Shown in pieces: positions 1 to 9,013 of a stretch of DNA of 64,000 nt. The position numbers were made by a program, and so were the translations under genes. Numbering within the stretch: the first letter of the stretch is position 1; each line of letters opens with the position of its first letter. Origin of the DNA: an uncultured Bacteroidota bacterium (lineage in GTDB: Bacteria; Bacteroidota; Bacteroidia; Chitinophagales; Saprospiraceae); the NCBI GenBank assembly GCA_937872515.1, contig CALMSX010000064.1:32560-96559 (forward strand). Reading direction: 5' to 3'. The notes under the pieces are model-generated. The model searched no databases and was not told where the DNA came from. It worked only from the letters and a program-made list of their open reading frames with translations.

Positions 1-294
1 GTTGCGGGCACAGAGCACTATAAACAACTGCGAAGGGAGGCTGTTATTTTTGCCAATTCACTTACCACCATTAGGAGCTCCGTAGGTTCGTCATTGATTA
101 CTACTTACGATCTTATGACTCCGGCACAGAAAAGTTTTTTTGATGAACATGAAAACAGGAGCAGAATCCTGGATCAGATAAGGTATATGAATTGGACCAA
201 AGGTGTTCAGGTATTTGGCATACAGTATATTTACCCTGATGAGAATGGAAATGATGTATTGGGTTCACTTGGGCCTCTGGCTTTCAGAATTTAA
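1..294 (+). CDS. 3' end of a CDS entering from the left edge (hypothetical protein, last ~97 codons)
   Basis: Frame 1 is open from base 1 to the TAA at 292-294. The track lists only the part after an internal Met at 94. No recognisable motif. Confidence 0.4.
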   Translation, partial: VAGTEHYKQLRREAVIFANSLTTIRSSVGSSLITTYDLMTPAQKSFFDEHENRSRILDQIRYMNWTKGVQVFGIQYIYPDENGNDVLGSLGPLAFRI

Positions 295-303
295 ATAGGT
301 AGC

Positions 304-2379
304 ATGGCAAATTTTAAAACATATACGATTACAATATCTTTTGTTTGTTTGACAATATTGGCATCCAGTGCACAAGACCCGCTTCGTCAGGATTCTATGC
401 GCTCTCCATTGGTCATGACGGCGGCCTATTTTGAGGGTACCGGTGTGATTTTGCGATGGGCACCTCAATCATCAGGAGATTGGCGACTCAACAATTACCA
501 TGGATATAAAATTGAAAGGGCTATCAAATCGAATTCAGAATCGACCTTGAAATGGGAGGTCCTGGCATCGGTATGGAAACCACTATCTCTGGATGAGTGG
601 AAAAAAAAGGTAGCAGAAATCCCAACGGATACCATGCTTATGGTGGCTGGTCAGGCCATTCATGGTACAGCGCCTCAACAAGCTATGACTCCTGACAACT
701 TTATGAGTATGAGTGACCAACTCACCAATCTACACTCCGCTTGTTTGCTTGCCTGTGAATTCAGCAGAGAAGCCGCTTTGGCCTCTGCCTTGAGGTTTGA
801 AGACAATTCGGTATTGAAGGACAATTCTTATGTCTATAAACTGACATCTCTGGCAGATACCACATCCATAGCTCTGGCTCCGGCCCAGACAAGCGAAGAA
901 TCTTATCCAAAAATTGAAATTACCGACATAAGTGAAGGCGAAAAGGCCATCGCTTTTAAATGGAATCGCAGCTACTACAAAAATTATTATTCAGCCTTTC
1001 ATGTTTATCGTTCTTCAGATGAAGGATTGAGCTGGCAGTTAATCACTCCTAGACCGGTGGCCTATGTTGCTTATAAAGATGCAGAAGCATTTACCTTTAA
1101 GGATTCTGTTCAGGCCAATTATATTGCCTACCAATATAAGGTTCAGGGTCTCACCTCCTTTGCTACCAAAGGCCCTTTATCGGATGCCGTGAAAGCAATG
1201 GGCAGGGACCGCACAGCACCTGAAGCACCATACGATGTACAATTGGATTATCTGGGTAAGGGCATGATGAAAATCAGCTGGATGGTAAGAGATGCAGACC
1301 GGGATATCAAAGGTTTTCGAATCTCAAAGAGCAATGAAGAGCAAAAGGAATTTGTAGAAATTACCCCTAAAATGTTGCCCGGAAATATGCGGTCGTTTAT
1401 TGATTCCACCTGTAATGAAAACATTAATAATTACTACTGGATAGCCGTGTTTGACCTAGAAAACAATGTCAATGTGAGCATGCCTCAGTACGGCACCATC
1501 ATTGACAGCATTGCTCCCATGCCACCCGTGGGTCTCGAAGGTACCATTGATACCAATGGTGTGGTGACGGTAAGATGGAGAATGGGCAGTGAAGCGGATC
1601 TAAGGGGCTATTTTGTGCATTATTCCAATAACCTGAGGCATACTTTTATCAACCGTACTGACAGACCTCTTCAGGATACATTTTGGAGAGATACCCTTCC
1701 TCTCAATGTGCTAACTGAACAAATTCACTATAAGTTGGTAGCCATTGACCACAGATTCAACTATTCAACTTATTCTGAAATTCTAACCCTTAATAAGCCA
1801 GACAAGGTGGCTCCCACTTCACCTGTTTTTCAGCGTAGTTTTTCAGATAAAGAAGGAATCAGTCTGCAATGGGCCAACAGCGGTTCTCACGATGTTAAAG
1901 CCAATGTGTTGATGAGGCGGGGAGTTGGAGAAAAAGACTTTACGGAAGTGTATAGATGTGCTTCACGCCCCTCTTCAGCAAGTTTTAAGGATAAGAAGGT
2001 AAATCCGGGAAAAGAATACGAATATACACTCTACGCCATTGATGATGCGGGCTTAACATCTCCCTCTATATCAACCCTCACCTTGAAAGCTTTTGAAGAT
2101 AAAAAACTGCCTGCTCCCCAACAATTTAGATGGCAGATTGACACGTTGAAGCGACGGATCACCTTGTCTTGGAAACCATCTTCGGCCTCGGAAAAAACTG
2201 TCGTTTACCGATCAGTCAATGGCAAACCCTATGTTACTTACAAAGTCGTAGATAAAGAGACATTTTTTACAGACCTTCCTTACCGCAGAGGGGATATTAT
2301 CAAATACCGGATCAAAGGTTCGGATGAAAGGGGTTGGCAAAGCGATTTTAGTGAAGAAATCGAAATTAGAACCCAATAA
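304..2379 (+). CDS. Secreted protein built from repeated fibronectin-type-III-like modules
   Basis: N-terminal signal peptide (ITISFVCLTILASSAQ). At least five modules share the pattern x-I/L-x-W-x(5-10)-D/S-x(3-6)-Y/F-x-V/I-Y-R, for example VILRWAP, IAFKWNR..FHVYRS, KISWMV..GFRISKS, VTVRWRM..GYFVHYS, ISLQWAN and ITLSWKP..VVYRS. Confidence 0.6.
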   Translation: MANFKTYTITISFVCLTILASSAQDPLRQDSMRSPLVMTAAYFEGTGVILRWAPQSSGDWRLNNYHGYKIERAIKSNSESTLKWEVLASVWKPLSLDEWKKKVAEIPTDTMLMVAGQAIHGTAPQQAMTPDNFMSMSDQLTNLHSACLLACEFSREAALASALRFEDNSVLKDNSYVYKLTSLADTTSIALAPAQTSEESYPKIEITDISEGEKAIAFKWNRSYYKNYYSAFHVYRSSDEGLSWQLITPRPVAYVAYKDAEAFTFKDSVQANYIAYQYKVQGLTSFATKGPLSDAVKAMGRDRTAPEAPYDVQLDYLGKGMMKISWMVRDADRDIKGFRISKSNEEQKEFVEITPKMLPGNMRSFIDSTCNENINNYYWIAVFDLENNVNVSMPQYGTIIDSIAPMPPVGLEGTIDTNGVVTVRWRMGSEADLRGYFVHYSNNLRHTFINRTDRPLQDTFWRDTLPLNVLTEQIHYKLVAIDHRFNYSTYSEILTLNKPDKVAPTSPVFQRSFSDKEGISLQWANSGSHDVKANVLMRRGVGEKDFTEVYRCASRPSSASFKDKKVNPGKEYEYTLYAIDDAGLTSPSISTLTLKAFEDKKLPAPQQFRWQIDTLKRRITLSWKPSSASEKTVVYRSVNGKPYVTYKVVDKETFFTDLPYRRGDIIKYRIKGSDERGWQSDFSEEIEIRTQ

Positions 2380-2394
2380 AAATGCCCTTATTGA

Positions 2395-2421
2395 AATCTG
2401 TTTTTATTATTTAAACAGATT
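2395..2421. terminator. Weak AT-rich hairpin between convergent genes (possible bidirectional terminator)
   Basis: AATCTGTTT (2395-2403) pairs with AAACAGATT (2413-2421) around a 9-nt loop. It overlaps the stop codon of the minus-strand gene. Confidence 0.3.
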
Positions 2422-2901
2422 GTCATATTCTGAACTGGCCGGGTCTTTTTTAACCTCTACCGGTTTTTCAACTTTTGGCAAAATGAGAAAGTCGGCCTCT
2501 TCTTCTTTTTCTTCTTTGACAATGGTATAATCGTCGTAACGATTCTGCTCATTTTCTACTTTTTCAGCATATTTTTTCACCCTTCTTCGCATCCATGCCT
2601 TGGCAAAAAGGTAGCCAAACACCACCGGATAGCCAACTATGGTCAAAACAATGGCAACCAGGCCAAAAATAGGATTCTCTTTGAGCATTTTATAAATAAA
2701 CCTGGCGTAGTCGATAATAACGGTATAGTCGATGATGGCTGCTGCCAACAATAAAAAGGGAGCTGCAATGGCCAATACGGTAAATAAGCCCTTGATAACA
2801 AAATAAGCAAGTACAAGGAAGATAATGAGTCCGATTATTGGGCCAAAATTGCCCATCGGACGTTGGTTCCCACCAAAATTAAATTCTTTATAAACAGTCA
2901 T
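2407..2901 (-). CDS. Small integral membrane protein with acidic C-terminal tail (hypothetical)
   Basis: Three or four hydrophobic helices (IIGLIIFLVLAYFVI, VLAIAAPFLLLAAAII, IFGLVAIVLTIVGYPVVFGYLF) are followed by a KEEKEEE-rich tail. A -7 box lies 17 nt upstream. Confidence 0.55.
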   Translation of the reverse strand: MTVYKEFNFGGNQRPMGNFGPIIGLIIFLVLAYFVIKGLFTVLAIAAPFLLLAAAIIDYTVIIDYARFIYKMLKENPIFGLVAIVLTIVGYPVVFGYLFAKAWMRRRVKKYAEKVENEQNRYDDYTIVKEEKEEEADFLILPKVEKPVEVKKDPASSEYDNLFK

Positions 2902-2918
2902 TCTTTTTAATTGAAAAA

Positions 2919-2926
2919 CAAATATA
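2919..2926 (-). promoter_or_regulatory. Bacteroidota-type -7 box TATATTTG upstream of the 2407-2901 gene
   Basis: Plus strand reads CAAATATA. It lies 17 nt from the ATG at 2901. An identical second copy is at 2940-2947. Confidence 0.45.
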
Positions 2927-2970
2927 TCCTGAAAAAAGTCAAATATAAAGGCATTTTTCGATGAGTGACG

Positions 2971-4740
2971 TCATATTTCCGATGAGGAAACGATGGCGGC
3001 GTCCTGCATTTCATACAATTCTCTGTATCTGCCGTTTTCTTTTTCCAGCAAAGCTTCATGACTGCCGGACTCCACTGCCTTGCCCTGGTCCATAACCAGT
3101 ATAAAATCAGCATGCCGGATGGTTGACAATCGGTGGGCAATGATGATGCTGCTTCTTTTTTCAATCAATTTTTCAATGGCGTGCTGGATCACCATTTCAG
3201 TCTCTGTATCTATGCTGCTGGTAGCTTCATCCAGAATGAGGATATCGGGATCTACCACCAATGCTCTGACAAAAGAGATTAACTGTCGTTGTCCTACTGA
3301 CAAATTGGATCCCCGCTCGGTAACCATAAATTGGTAGCCGTCGGGCAAACGGGTAATGTAATCATCAGCCCCAATTTTTTTAGCTGCTTCGATCACCTTC
3401 TCCATAGGTATGCTACTGTCTTTTAAAGTGATGTTTTCATAGACGGTGCCGTCAAATAAAAATACATCCTGTAGCACAATGGCGATTCGTTTGCGAAGCG
3501 CACTTAATTCGTAATCACGAATATCAACATCGTCCAGTAAGATCTGACCTTTCTGGATATCATAAAAACGGTTCATGATATTGATGATGGTGCTTTTGCC
3601 GGATCCTGTACTTCCTACCAGGGCCATGGTCTGGCCGGGCTCAATGGTAAAATTGAGATCGTGCAGGATAAAGTTTTCTTCATCATAGGCAAAATGTACA
3701 TTTTTGAAGGCCACCTTTCCGCGCAAGTGTTCTTTTTTTAAGCTTCCCTCATTGGGAATTACTTCGTCGCTTTCGATGAGTTTAAATACCCTCTCTGCAG
3801 CTACGAGACCCATCTGCAGGGTATTGAATTTATCAGCAGCCATGCGCACCGGACGGAACAAAAGATCCAGGTAAAGAGGAAAGGCTACCAGCGCTCCAAA
3901 ACTTACGCTGCCTTCGAGATAAGATCCGGCGCCGATCCATACCATCAAGGCCAGTGAAAAGGCTGAAATCAACTCTACTACCGGAAAAAATATGGAATAA
4001 TAAAGCACGGAATCCAGGTTGGCAGAGGTATAATCCCTGTTGATGGTCCTGAATTTATCACTCTCTTGTTTTTGGGCATTAAAAATCTGCACGATTCGCA
4101 TGCCTGTAATGCGCTCTTGTAAAAAAGCATTCATTTTGGCCAGGTTGGTCCTCACGCGCTCGTAAGAATCTTTTACTTTTTTACTAAAAATGTAAGTAGC
4201 CCAAACCAATAAGGGCAGCGTCGCCAAACTGATGAGGGTGAGTCGCCAACTGGTATAAAACATGATGCCAAGCACCGTGAGTACGGCCAGCAGATCTGCC
4301 AGAATGGTTATTACGCCCTGGGTAAATACTTCATTGATGGCCGAAATATCGTTGATGGTCCTGGTGGTAGAGGTTCCAATGGGCGTTTGGTCAAAATATC
4401 GGAGCCTGAGTTGGGTAATGTGTTTAAAAACCTTTACCCTTAGATCGCGCAGTACATTTTGTCCCAATTCGGCCAGAAGAAAAAGGAAGTAATACCGCAT
4501 GATGACATTAGCCAACAGCACCACAAAAAACAAACCACACATGAGTAAGAGGCCATTAAAATCATTGGCTACTATGTACTCATCAACGATGGTTTTAACG
4601 ATGTAAGGCAGGAAGCTGCTGATAGGGGCCAGCAAAACGGCAAGGACCATGCAGGTAACAAACAACCTATTGTAAGGCTTGGCCATGGCAATGACCTTCC
4701 ACAATACATTGAAGTCAACTTTCTTTTTAGCCTGTTGCAT
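2971..4740 (-). CDS. ABC transporter, fused permease/ATP-binding protein (MsbA/multidrug-exporter type)
   Basis: N-terminal six-helix TMD, Walker A GSTGSGKST, ABC signature LSVGQRQL and Walker B ILILDEATS. Confidence 0.9.
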   Translation of the reverse strand: MQQAKKKVDFNVLWKVIAMAKPYNRLFVTCMVLAVLLAPISSFLPYIVKTIVDEYIVANDFNGLLLMCGLFFVVLLANVIMRYYFLFLLAELGQNVLRDLRVKVFKHITQLRLRYFDQTPIGTSTTRTINDISAINEVFTQGVITILADLLAVLTVLGIMFYTSWRLTLISLATLPLLVWATYIFSKKVKDSYERVRTNLAKMNAFLQERITGMRIVQIFNAQKQESDKFRTINRDYTSANLDSVLYYSIFFPVVELISAFSLALMVWIGAGSYLEGSVSFGALVAFPLYLDLLFRPVRMAADKFNTLQMGLVAAERVFKLIESDEVIPNEGSLKKEHLRGKVAFKNVHFAYDEENFILHDLNFTIEPGQTMALVGSTGSGKSTIINIMNRFYDIQKGQILLDDVDIRDYELSALRKRIAIVLQDVFLFDGTVYENITLKDSSIPMEKVIEAAKKIGADDYITRLPDGYQFMVTERGSNLSVGQRQLISFVRALVVDPDILILDEATSSIDTETEMVIQHAIEKLIEKRSSIIIAHRLSTIRHADFILVMDQGKAVESGSHEALLEKENGRYRELYEMQDAAIVSSSEI

Positions 4741-4806
4741 AATAGGTTTTGTTGGAATCGGGGCAATAATTTACAAACGTTGTAAAATGCACAATGTTCC
4801 CGAAAC

Positions 4807-6027
4807 TTAAAATTTGATGGTTTTTTTGGCAAGTTTCATGGGTATTCCAATGCATTTTGACTCCATATAGGTCAAAATTTCATCGATAACCTCTTTTTGC
4901 TCCGCACTAAAAAGATCCAGTTTGTGGCGAAATACTTCAGAGGTGATCTTTTCTTTCACTTTTTTTACTTCCTCAGGCAGGGCTGACAGGGCAAGCTCCA
5001 CCTGGCGCTCCATGTACAAGGTTTTAAACTGCTCTACGGCCTCGTCAACAATGGTTTTGGCGATCGATATTTCCTGTCGACGGAAGTTGAGGTTGCGGTC
5101 AGCCAGTTCGCGCAACTGATCGATATTGACATAATTTACATTGGGCAAGCTCATCACTCCTGCGTCTACATTGGCAGGTACTGCCAGATCGACCAGGAGG
5201 TAGGTTTTTTTATTTTGGGTGGGCCATTGTTGCCATAGATTTGGGGTCACAATAGGTTGCTGAGAAGAAGTACAGACTACCAGGGCATCAAAATTTTCGA
5301 TGCGGGTCAGGGCATCCAGCCCAAAGGCCTTACCTCCAACCTCTTCTGCCAGATGGATGGCTTTATCGATGCTTCTGTTGAAAATCAACAGCTTGTGATA
5401 TCCGTGTTTGTGTAAAAATCGGGCTACCAGGGTATTGGTTTCTCCCGCTCCCACCAGTGCAATACATGCATCCTGCGAGGTAAAGGCTCCGAGGATGCTC
5501 TGACCGGCAAGGGCTGCTATTGAGAGTGGTTTTTCATTGATCCGGGTATGCGAATAGATGTGTTTGGCTACCTGAACCGCCATAATTTCGAGCAAACGCA
5601 AATTGTCGCCGGTATGTCCTGCCTCTAATGCTTGCTGGTAGGCTGCCCTGAATTGCCTGAAAATCTCACTCTCACCTACCACCAAAGAATCAATTGATCC
5701 GGCTACTTCAAAAATATGCTGAATGGCTTCAACTCCCTCGTATAAGCTAACATGGCGCTCTATCCGATCCAAGCCCTCATCGGTTAGACCGGGATTGGCT
5801 TCTTTCAGCAGTCGGGTGATAAAATCAATATCTACTTCCTGATGGGTATAAAAAATATAGGTTACCCGATTACAGGTACTGAGGTACATAAATTCCTCAA
5901 GGCCAAGTGCGTTCTTAACCCTTTGGGTGCCCAGTCCATCTGCTGACTCCACAATCTGGTAATTGCCTATTTCGGCAATTTCTACCACGTGGTGGGTGAA
6001 TGTAATAACCTTATAGTTGTCGATCAT
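4807..6027 (-). CDS. hemA: Glutamyl-tRNA reductase
   Basis: STCNRVTYIF active-site motif and NADP-binding LVGAGETNTLVARFL. Start moved to ATG 6027 (MIDNYKV), because the track's TTG at 6045 lies inside the -7 box. Confidence 0.9.
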   Translation of the reverse strand: MIDNYKVITFTHHVVEIAEIGNYQIVESADGLGTQRVKNALGLEEFMYLSTCNRVTYIFYTHQEVDIDFITRLLKEANPGLTDEGLDRIERHVSLYEGVEAIQHIFEVAGSIDSLVVGESEIFRQFRAAYQQALEAGHTGDNLRLLEIMAVQVAKHIYSHTRINEKPLSIAALAGQSILGAFTSQDACIALVGAGETNTLVARFLHKHGYHKLLIFNRSIDKAIHLAEEVGGKAFGLDALTRIENFDALVVCTSSQQPIVTPNLWQQWPTQNKKTYLLVDLAVPANVDAGVMSLPNVNYVNIDQLRELADRNLNFRRQEISIAKTIVDEAVEQFKTLYMERQVELALSALPEEVKKVKEKITSEVFRHKLDLFSAEQKEVIDEILTYMESKCIGIPMKLAKKTIKF

Positions 6028-6042
6028 AAATAAAACGAAGTG

Positions 6043-6050
6043 CAAAATTA
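6043..6050 (-). promoter_or_regulatory. -7 box TAATTTTG upstream of hemA
   Basis: Plus strand reads CAAAATTA. It lies 15 nt from ATG 6027. Confidence 0.5.
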
Positions 6051-6241
6051 CAATTAAGCGTGATAGCCTTTTGTCACATTTGTGTCATAGCCGATTGAGC
6101 TGACATTTTTGCCGTTTTAACCCGGTTTTTGGGAACTAAATTGGAACTGCAGATGAATTAAAAGGTTTAATAAATTACTTAAAATATTGATTGTCAATAA
6201 TAAATATATTTATTTTTCTTTTTTCACCCATTTTCCTGTTG

Positions 6242-6249
6242 TACCTTTG
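6242..6249 (+). promoter_or_regulatory. -7 box TACCTTTG immediately upstream of the AraC-family gene
   Basis: Perfect TAnnTTTG only 4 nt before ATG 6254. This implies a leaderless or near-leaderless mRNA if it is functional. Confidence 0.35.
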
Positions 6250-6253
6250 TACC

Positions 6254-7588
6254 ATGCAAAAATCGGGCTTTACAGGAGTGAATCATAAAAAAGGACTAGC
6301 CTTTTGGGCAGCATTTTTGGTTTTTAGCTACCTCGGTCACGCACAAATGGCATTTGATCTTCCACACACCCAAACGGTGATAAAGATTGACGGTAGGGCA
6401 GAAGAATGGTCGCTAACCCAATCCCTCCCAATAATGCGTGGAATTGAACAAGAAATGAAGGTGAAATACGGTTGGCAATGGGACCATGACTACCTGTATT
6501 TAGCGGCGGATGTTGAAGACCATTTTCTGGCCATCAATGAGTTGGGCAATGACAACCCAAAGTTGTATTTTAATGATGCTCTTGAAGTCTACCTCGATGC
6601 CAAAGCAGATAGTAAATCATCAATGGATCTGAATGATTATCAATTTTTGGTTGACATAAAAGGGCAGAAAACGGTTTTTAAGGGCAATAAATGGATGATG
6701 CAAGATGGAGCAAGGGTGCCCAAAGACTATGAGGGTACCAACATTGTATTTTATGCCGCCACTGTCCTTCGAGGCACTTGTAATGACAGTACTGATCTGG
6801 ATGAGGGTTATTTTATGGAAATAGCCATTCCCTGGAGTGCAGTTGGCATCGTGCCAACTGAAGGGACAAAACTCAAAATGGACCTTTGTTTTGATGACGT
6901 AGACACGCTCTCCAATATCAGAAAGTGGCCTGTTGATTTCCATCCAGCTGTCCTTCAATATACCAGTATAACCGGGAAGAATGATTTTGGCTTTCCGCAA
7001 CATTGGCCCACCTTCACGCTGGTAGGCACACCAGGCTGGTGGTATCAGGTGCAAAATGCACTGGCCCGGCTACCGGTTCTTTTTCTGGTTTTGATGGCCA
7101 TGCTTTTGGCCGTAATGATATATGCAATTATTACTCAGTATCAAAAAATCCAATACCTCAAGTCTTTGCCCAGCAGAGCGGAATTTAATCTTCTGAATCC
7201 AGTTCACGGCGATCAGCAATCCATGGATCAAAGTCAGAATGACCATCTGCCCATGTCTAAAACGGAAGAAGGGGAGGTAGCTTTTAAGATTAAACAATAC
7301 GTTGAAAATCATCTTTCTGATGACATTGCCATTGCAGATCTGGCAGCCTTTGTGAACAAAAGTGTGCGTCAGCTTCAGCGCATGTGTAAGGCAGAAACGG
7401 GCCTGAGTCCTTTGCAGTTCATTACTATTTTAAAGCTGGAAAAAGCAGGACAACACATCGTCAATAGCCAGGAGACCATTGCTGAAATAGCCTACCGCTA
7501 TGGGTTTTCAGATCCCTCTTATTTTGGGAGTGTTTTTAAAAAATACTTTGGTAAGACTCCTTTGGAATACCGCAACAGTGAGGCCTGA
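6254..7588 (+). CDS. Membrane-tethered AraC-family transcriptional regulator with extracytoplasmic CBM9/DOMON-like domain
   Basis: Signal peptide (LAFWAAFLVFSYLGHAQ) and a roughly 250-aa domain with the CBM9-like pattern (IKIDGRAEEW..WDHDYLYLAADVED..NDALEVYLD). These are followed by a TM helix (LPVLFLVLMAMLLAVMIYAII) and a C-terminal AraC HTH (IAEIAYRYGFSDPSYFGSVFKKYFGKTPLEYR). Start taken at ATG 6254 rather than TTG 6191. Confidence 0.75.
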   Translation: MQKSGFTGVNHKKGLAFWAAFLVFSYLGHAQMAFDLPHTQTVIKIDGRAEEWSLTQSLPIMRGIEQEMKVKYGWQWDHDYLYLAADVEDHFLAINELGNDNPKLYFNDALEVYLDAKADSKSSMDLNDYQFLVDIKGQKTVFKGNKWMMQDGARVPKDYEGTNIVFYAATVLRGTCNDSTDLDEGYFMEIAIPWSAVGIVPTEGTKLKMDLCFDDVDTLSNIRKWPVDFHPAVLQYTSITGKNDFGFPQHWPTFTLVGTPGWWYQVQNALARLPVLFLVLMAMLLAVMIYAIITQYQKIQYLKSLPSRAEFNLLNPVHGDQQSMDQSQNDHLPMSKTEEGEVAFKIKQYVENHLSDDIAIADLAAFVNKSVRQLQRMCKAETGLSPLQFITILKLEKAGQHIVNSQETIAEIAYRYGFSDPSYFGSVFKKYFGKTPLEYRNSEA

Positions 7589-7616
7589 TCACCTGTCTAC
7601 TCCCACGAAAAATCCT

Positions 7617-7624
7617 TATATTTG
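7617..7624 (+). promoter_or_regulatory. -7 box TATATTTG upstream of hisS
   Basis: Lies 21 nt before ATG 7646. The track's TTG start at 7622 is the TTG of this box. Confidence 0.5.
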
Positions 7625-7645
7625 CACCAAAATCATCAGAATTAT

Positions 7646-9013
7646 ATGGCAAAACCGGCACTGCCCAAGGGCACAAGAGATTTTTTACCGGGTGAGGTAA
7701 ACCGCAGAAAATACATCTTTGGCATCGTAGAAGAGGTATTTCGCAAATATGGTTTTTTACCCATCGAAACTCCTGCCATGGAAGCCCTCGATACCTTGTT
7801 GGGTAAGTACGGCGATGAGGGCGACAAGCTTTTGTTCAAAGTTTTAAACAATGGGGATTACCTGAAAGATGCCAATGCAGATGCACTGGATCAACGCGAC
7901 TCCAATGCCCTTGTAAGATCTATTTCTAAGAGAGGCCTTCGTTACGACCTGACAGTACCCTTTGCCCGATTTGTTGTGATGAATCAGAATGAAATCCAAC
8001 TCCCCTTCAAGAGATACCAGATCCAACCGGTGTGGAGGGCTGACAAGCCTCAAAAGGGAAGATACCAGGAATTTTTCCAGTGTGATGTTGATGTAGTAGG
8101 AAGTGAGTCACTGCTTTATGAAGCAGAATTGGTTTCCATCTACCATGAAATTTTTAAACGCCTTGGTATAGGTGTTAAAATCCTGATCAACAACCGCAAA
8201 ATCTTATATGGTATTGCTGAAGCTGCAGGAGTAGCCGATCGTTTTGTGGATATGACGGTTGCCATTGATAAATTGGATAAAATAGGAGAAGAAGGTGTGA
8301 GTCGTGAATTGCTTGCCAAGGGAATGGACGAAGGCCAGATTCGCACCATTCTTGATATCTTATCCATCCGTCAACTTTCTGAATTGAGTGCTCATGCAGA
8401 TTTTGCAAAAAGTGAATCAGGTCAGAAAGGGCTAGAGGAAGTGAATACGGTTTTTGATTTTCTCAGAAACGGCGAGGTCCACGATTTGGTCTTTGACATT
8501 AGTCTGGCAAGAGGTCTTAGCTATTATACAGGGTGTATTTTTGAGGTAAAAGTTGATGTGGATATTCATCCCGATATCAAAATGGGTTCGATTGGTGGTG
8601 GAGGAAGGTATGACAATCTAACCGGCGCCTTTGGCCTGCCCGGGGTTTCAGGGGTGGGTGTTTCACTGGGAGCAGAACGTATCTATGATGTGCTTAATGA
8701 ACTCAATGGCTTTCCGAAAGAAGTGGATGAAGCCGTAAGACTGATTTTCCTTTGTTTTGATGAAGTAGGAATTCGGCATGCCTTTAACCATGCAGCCAAA
8801 GTCAGAGCGGCAGGTCTGGCCTGTGATGTTTATCCGGAAGCCAGGCAAATGAAAAAACAAATGAATTATACCAATAACAGAGGCATTCCTTATGCAGCAA
8901 TCATTGGTGAAAATGAGATCAATACCCAAACCATCATGCTCAAAAACATGGTCAGCGGAGAACAGCAGGCTGTAACCATTGAGGAATTGATCAACCTCAT
9001 AAAAGGCGCATGA
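7646..9013 (+). CDS. hisS: Histidine--tRNA ligase
   Basis: KGTRDFLP, class II motif 2 (FKRYQIQPVWRADKPQKGRYQEFFQCD) and motif 3 (GGGGRYDNL). Confidence 0.95.
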   Translation: MAKPALPKGTRDFLPGEVNRRKYIFGIVEEVFRKYGFLPIETPAMEALDTLLGKYGDEGDKLLFKVLNNGDYLKDANADALDQRDSNALVRSISKRGLRYDLTVPFARFVVMNQNEIQLPFKRYQIQPVWRADKPQKGRYQEFFQCDVDVVGSESLLYEAELVSIYHEIFKRLGIGVKILINNRKILYGIAEAAGVADRFVDMTVAIDKLDKIGEEGVSRELLAKGMDEGQIRTILDILSIRQLSELSAHADFAKSESGQKGLEEVNTVFDFLRNGEVHDLVFDISLARGLSYYTGCIFEVKVDVDIHPDIKMGSIGGGGRYDNLTGAFGLPGVSGVGVSLGAERIYDVLNELNGFPKEVDEAVRLIFLCFDEVGIRHAFNHAAKVRAAGLACDVYPEARQMKKQMNYTNNRGIPYAAIIGENEINTQTIMLKNMVSGEQQAVTIEELINLIKGA

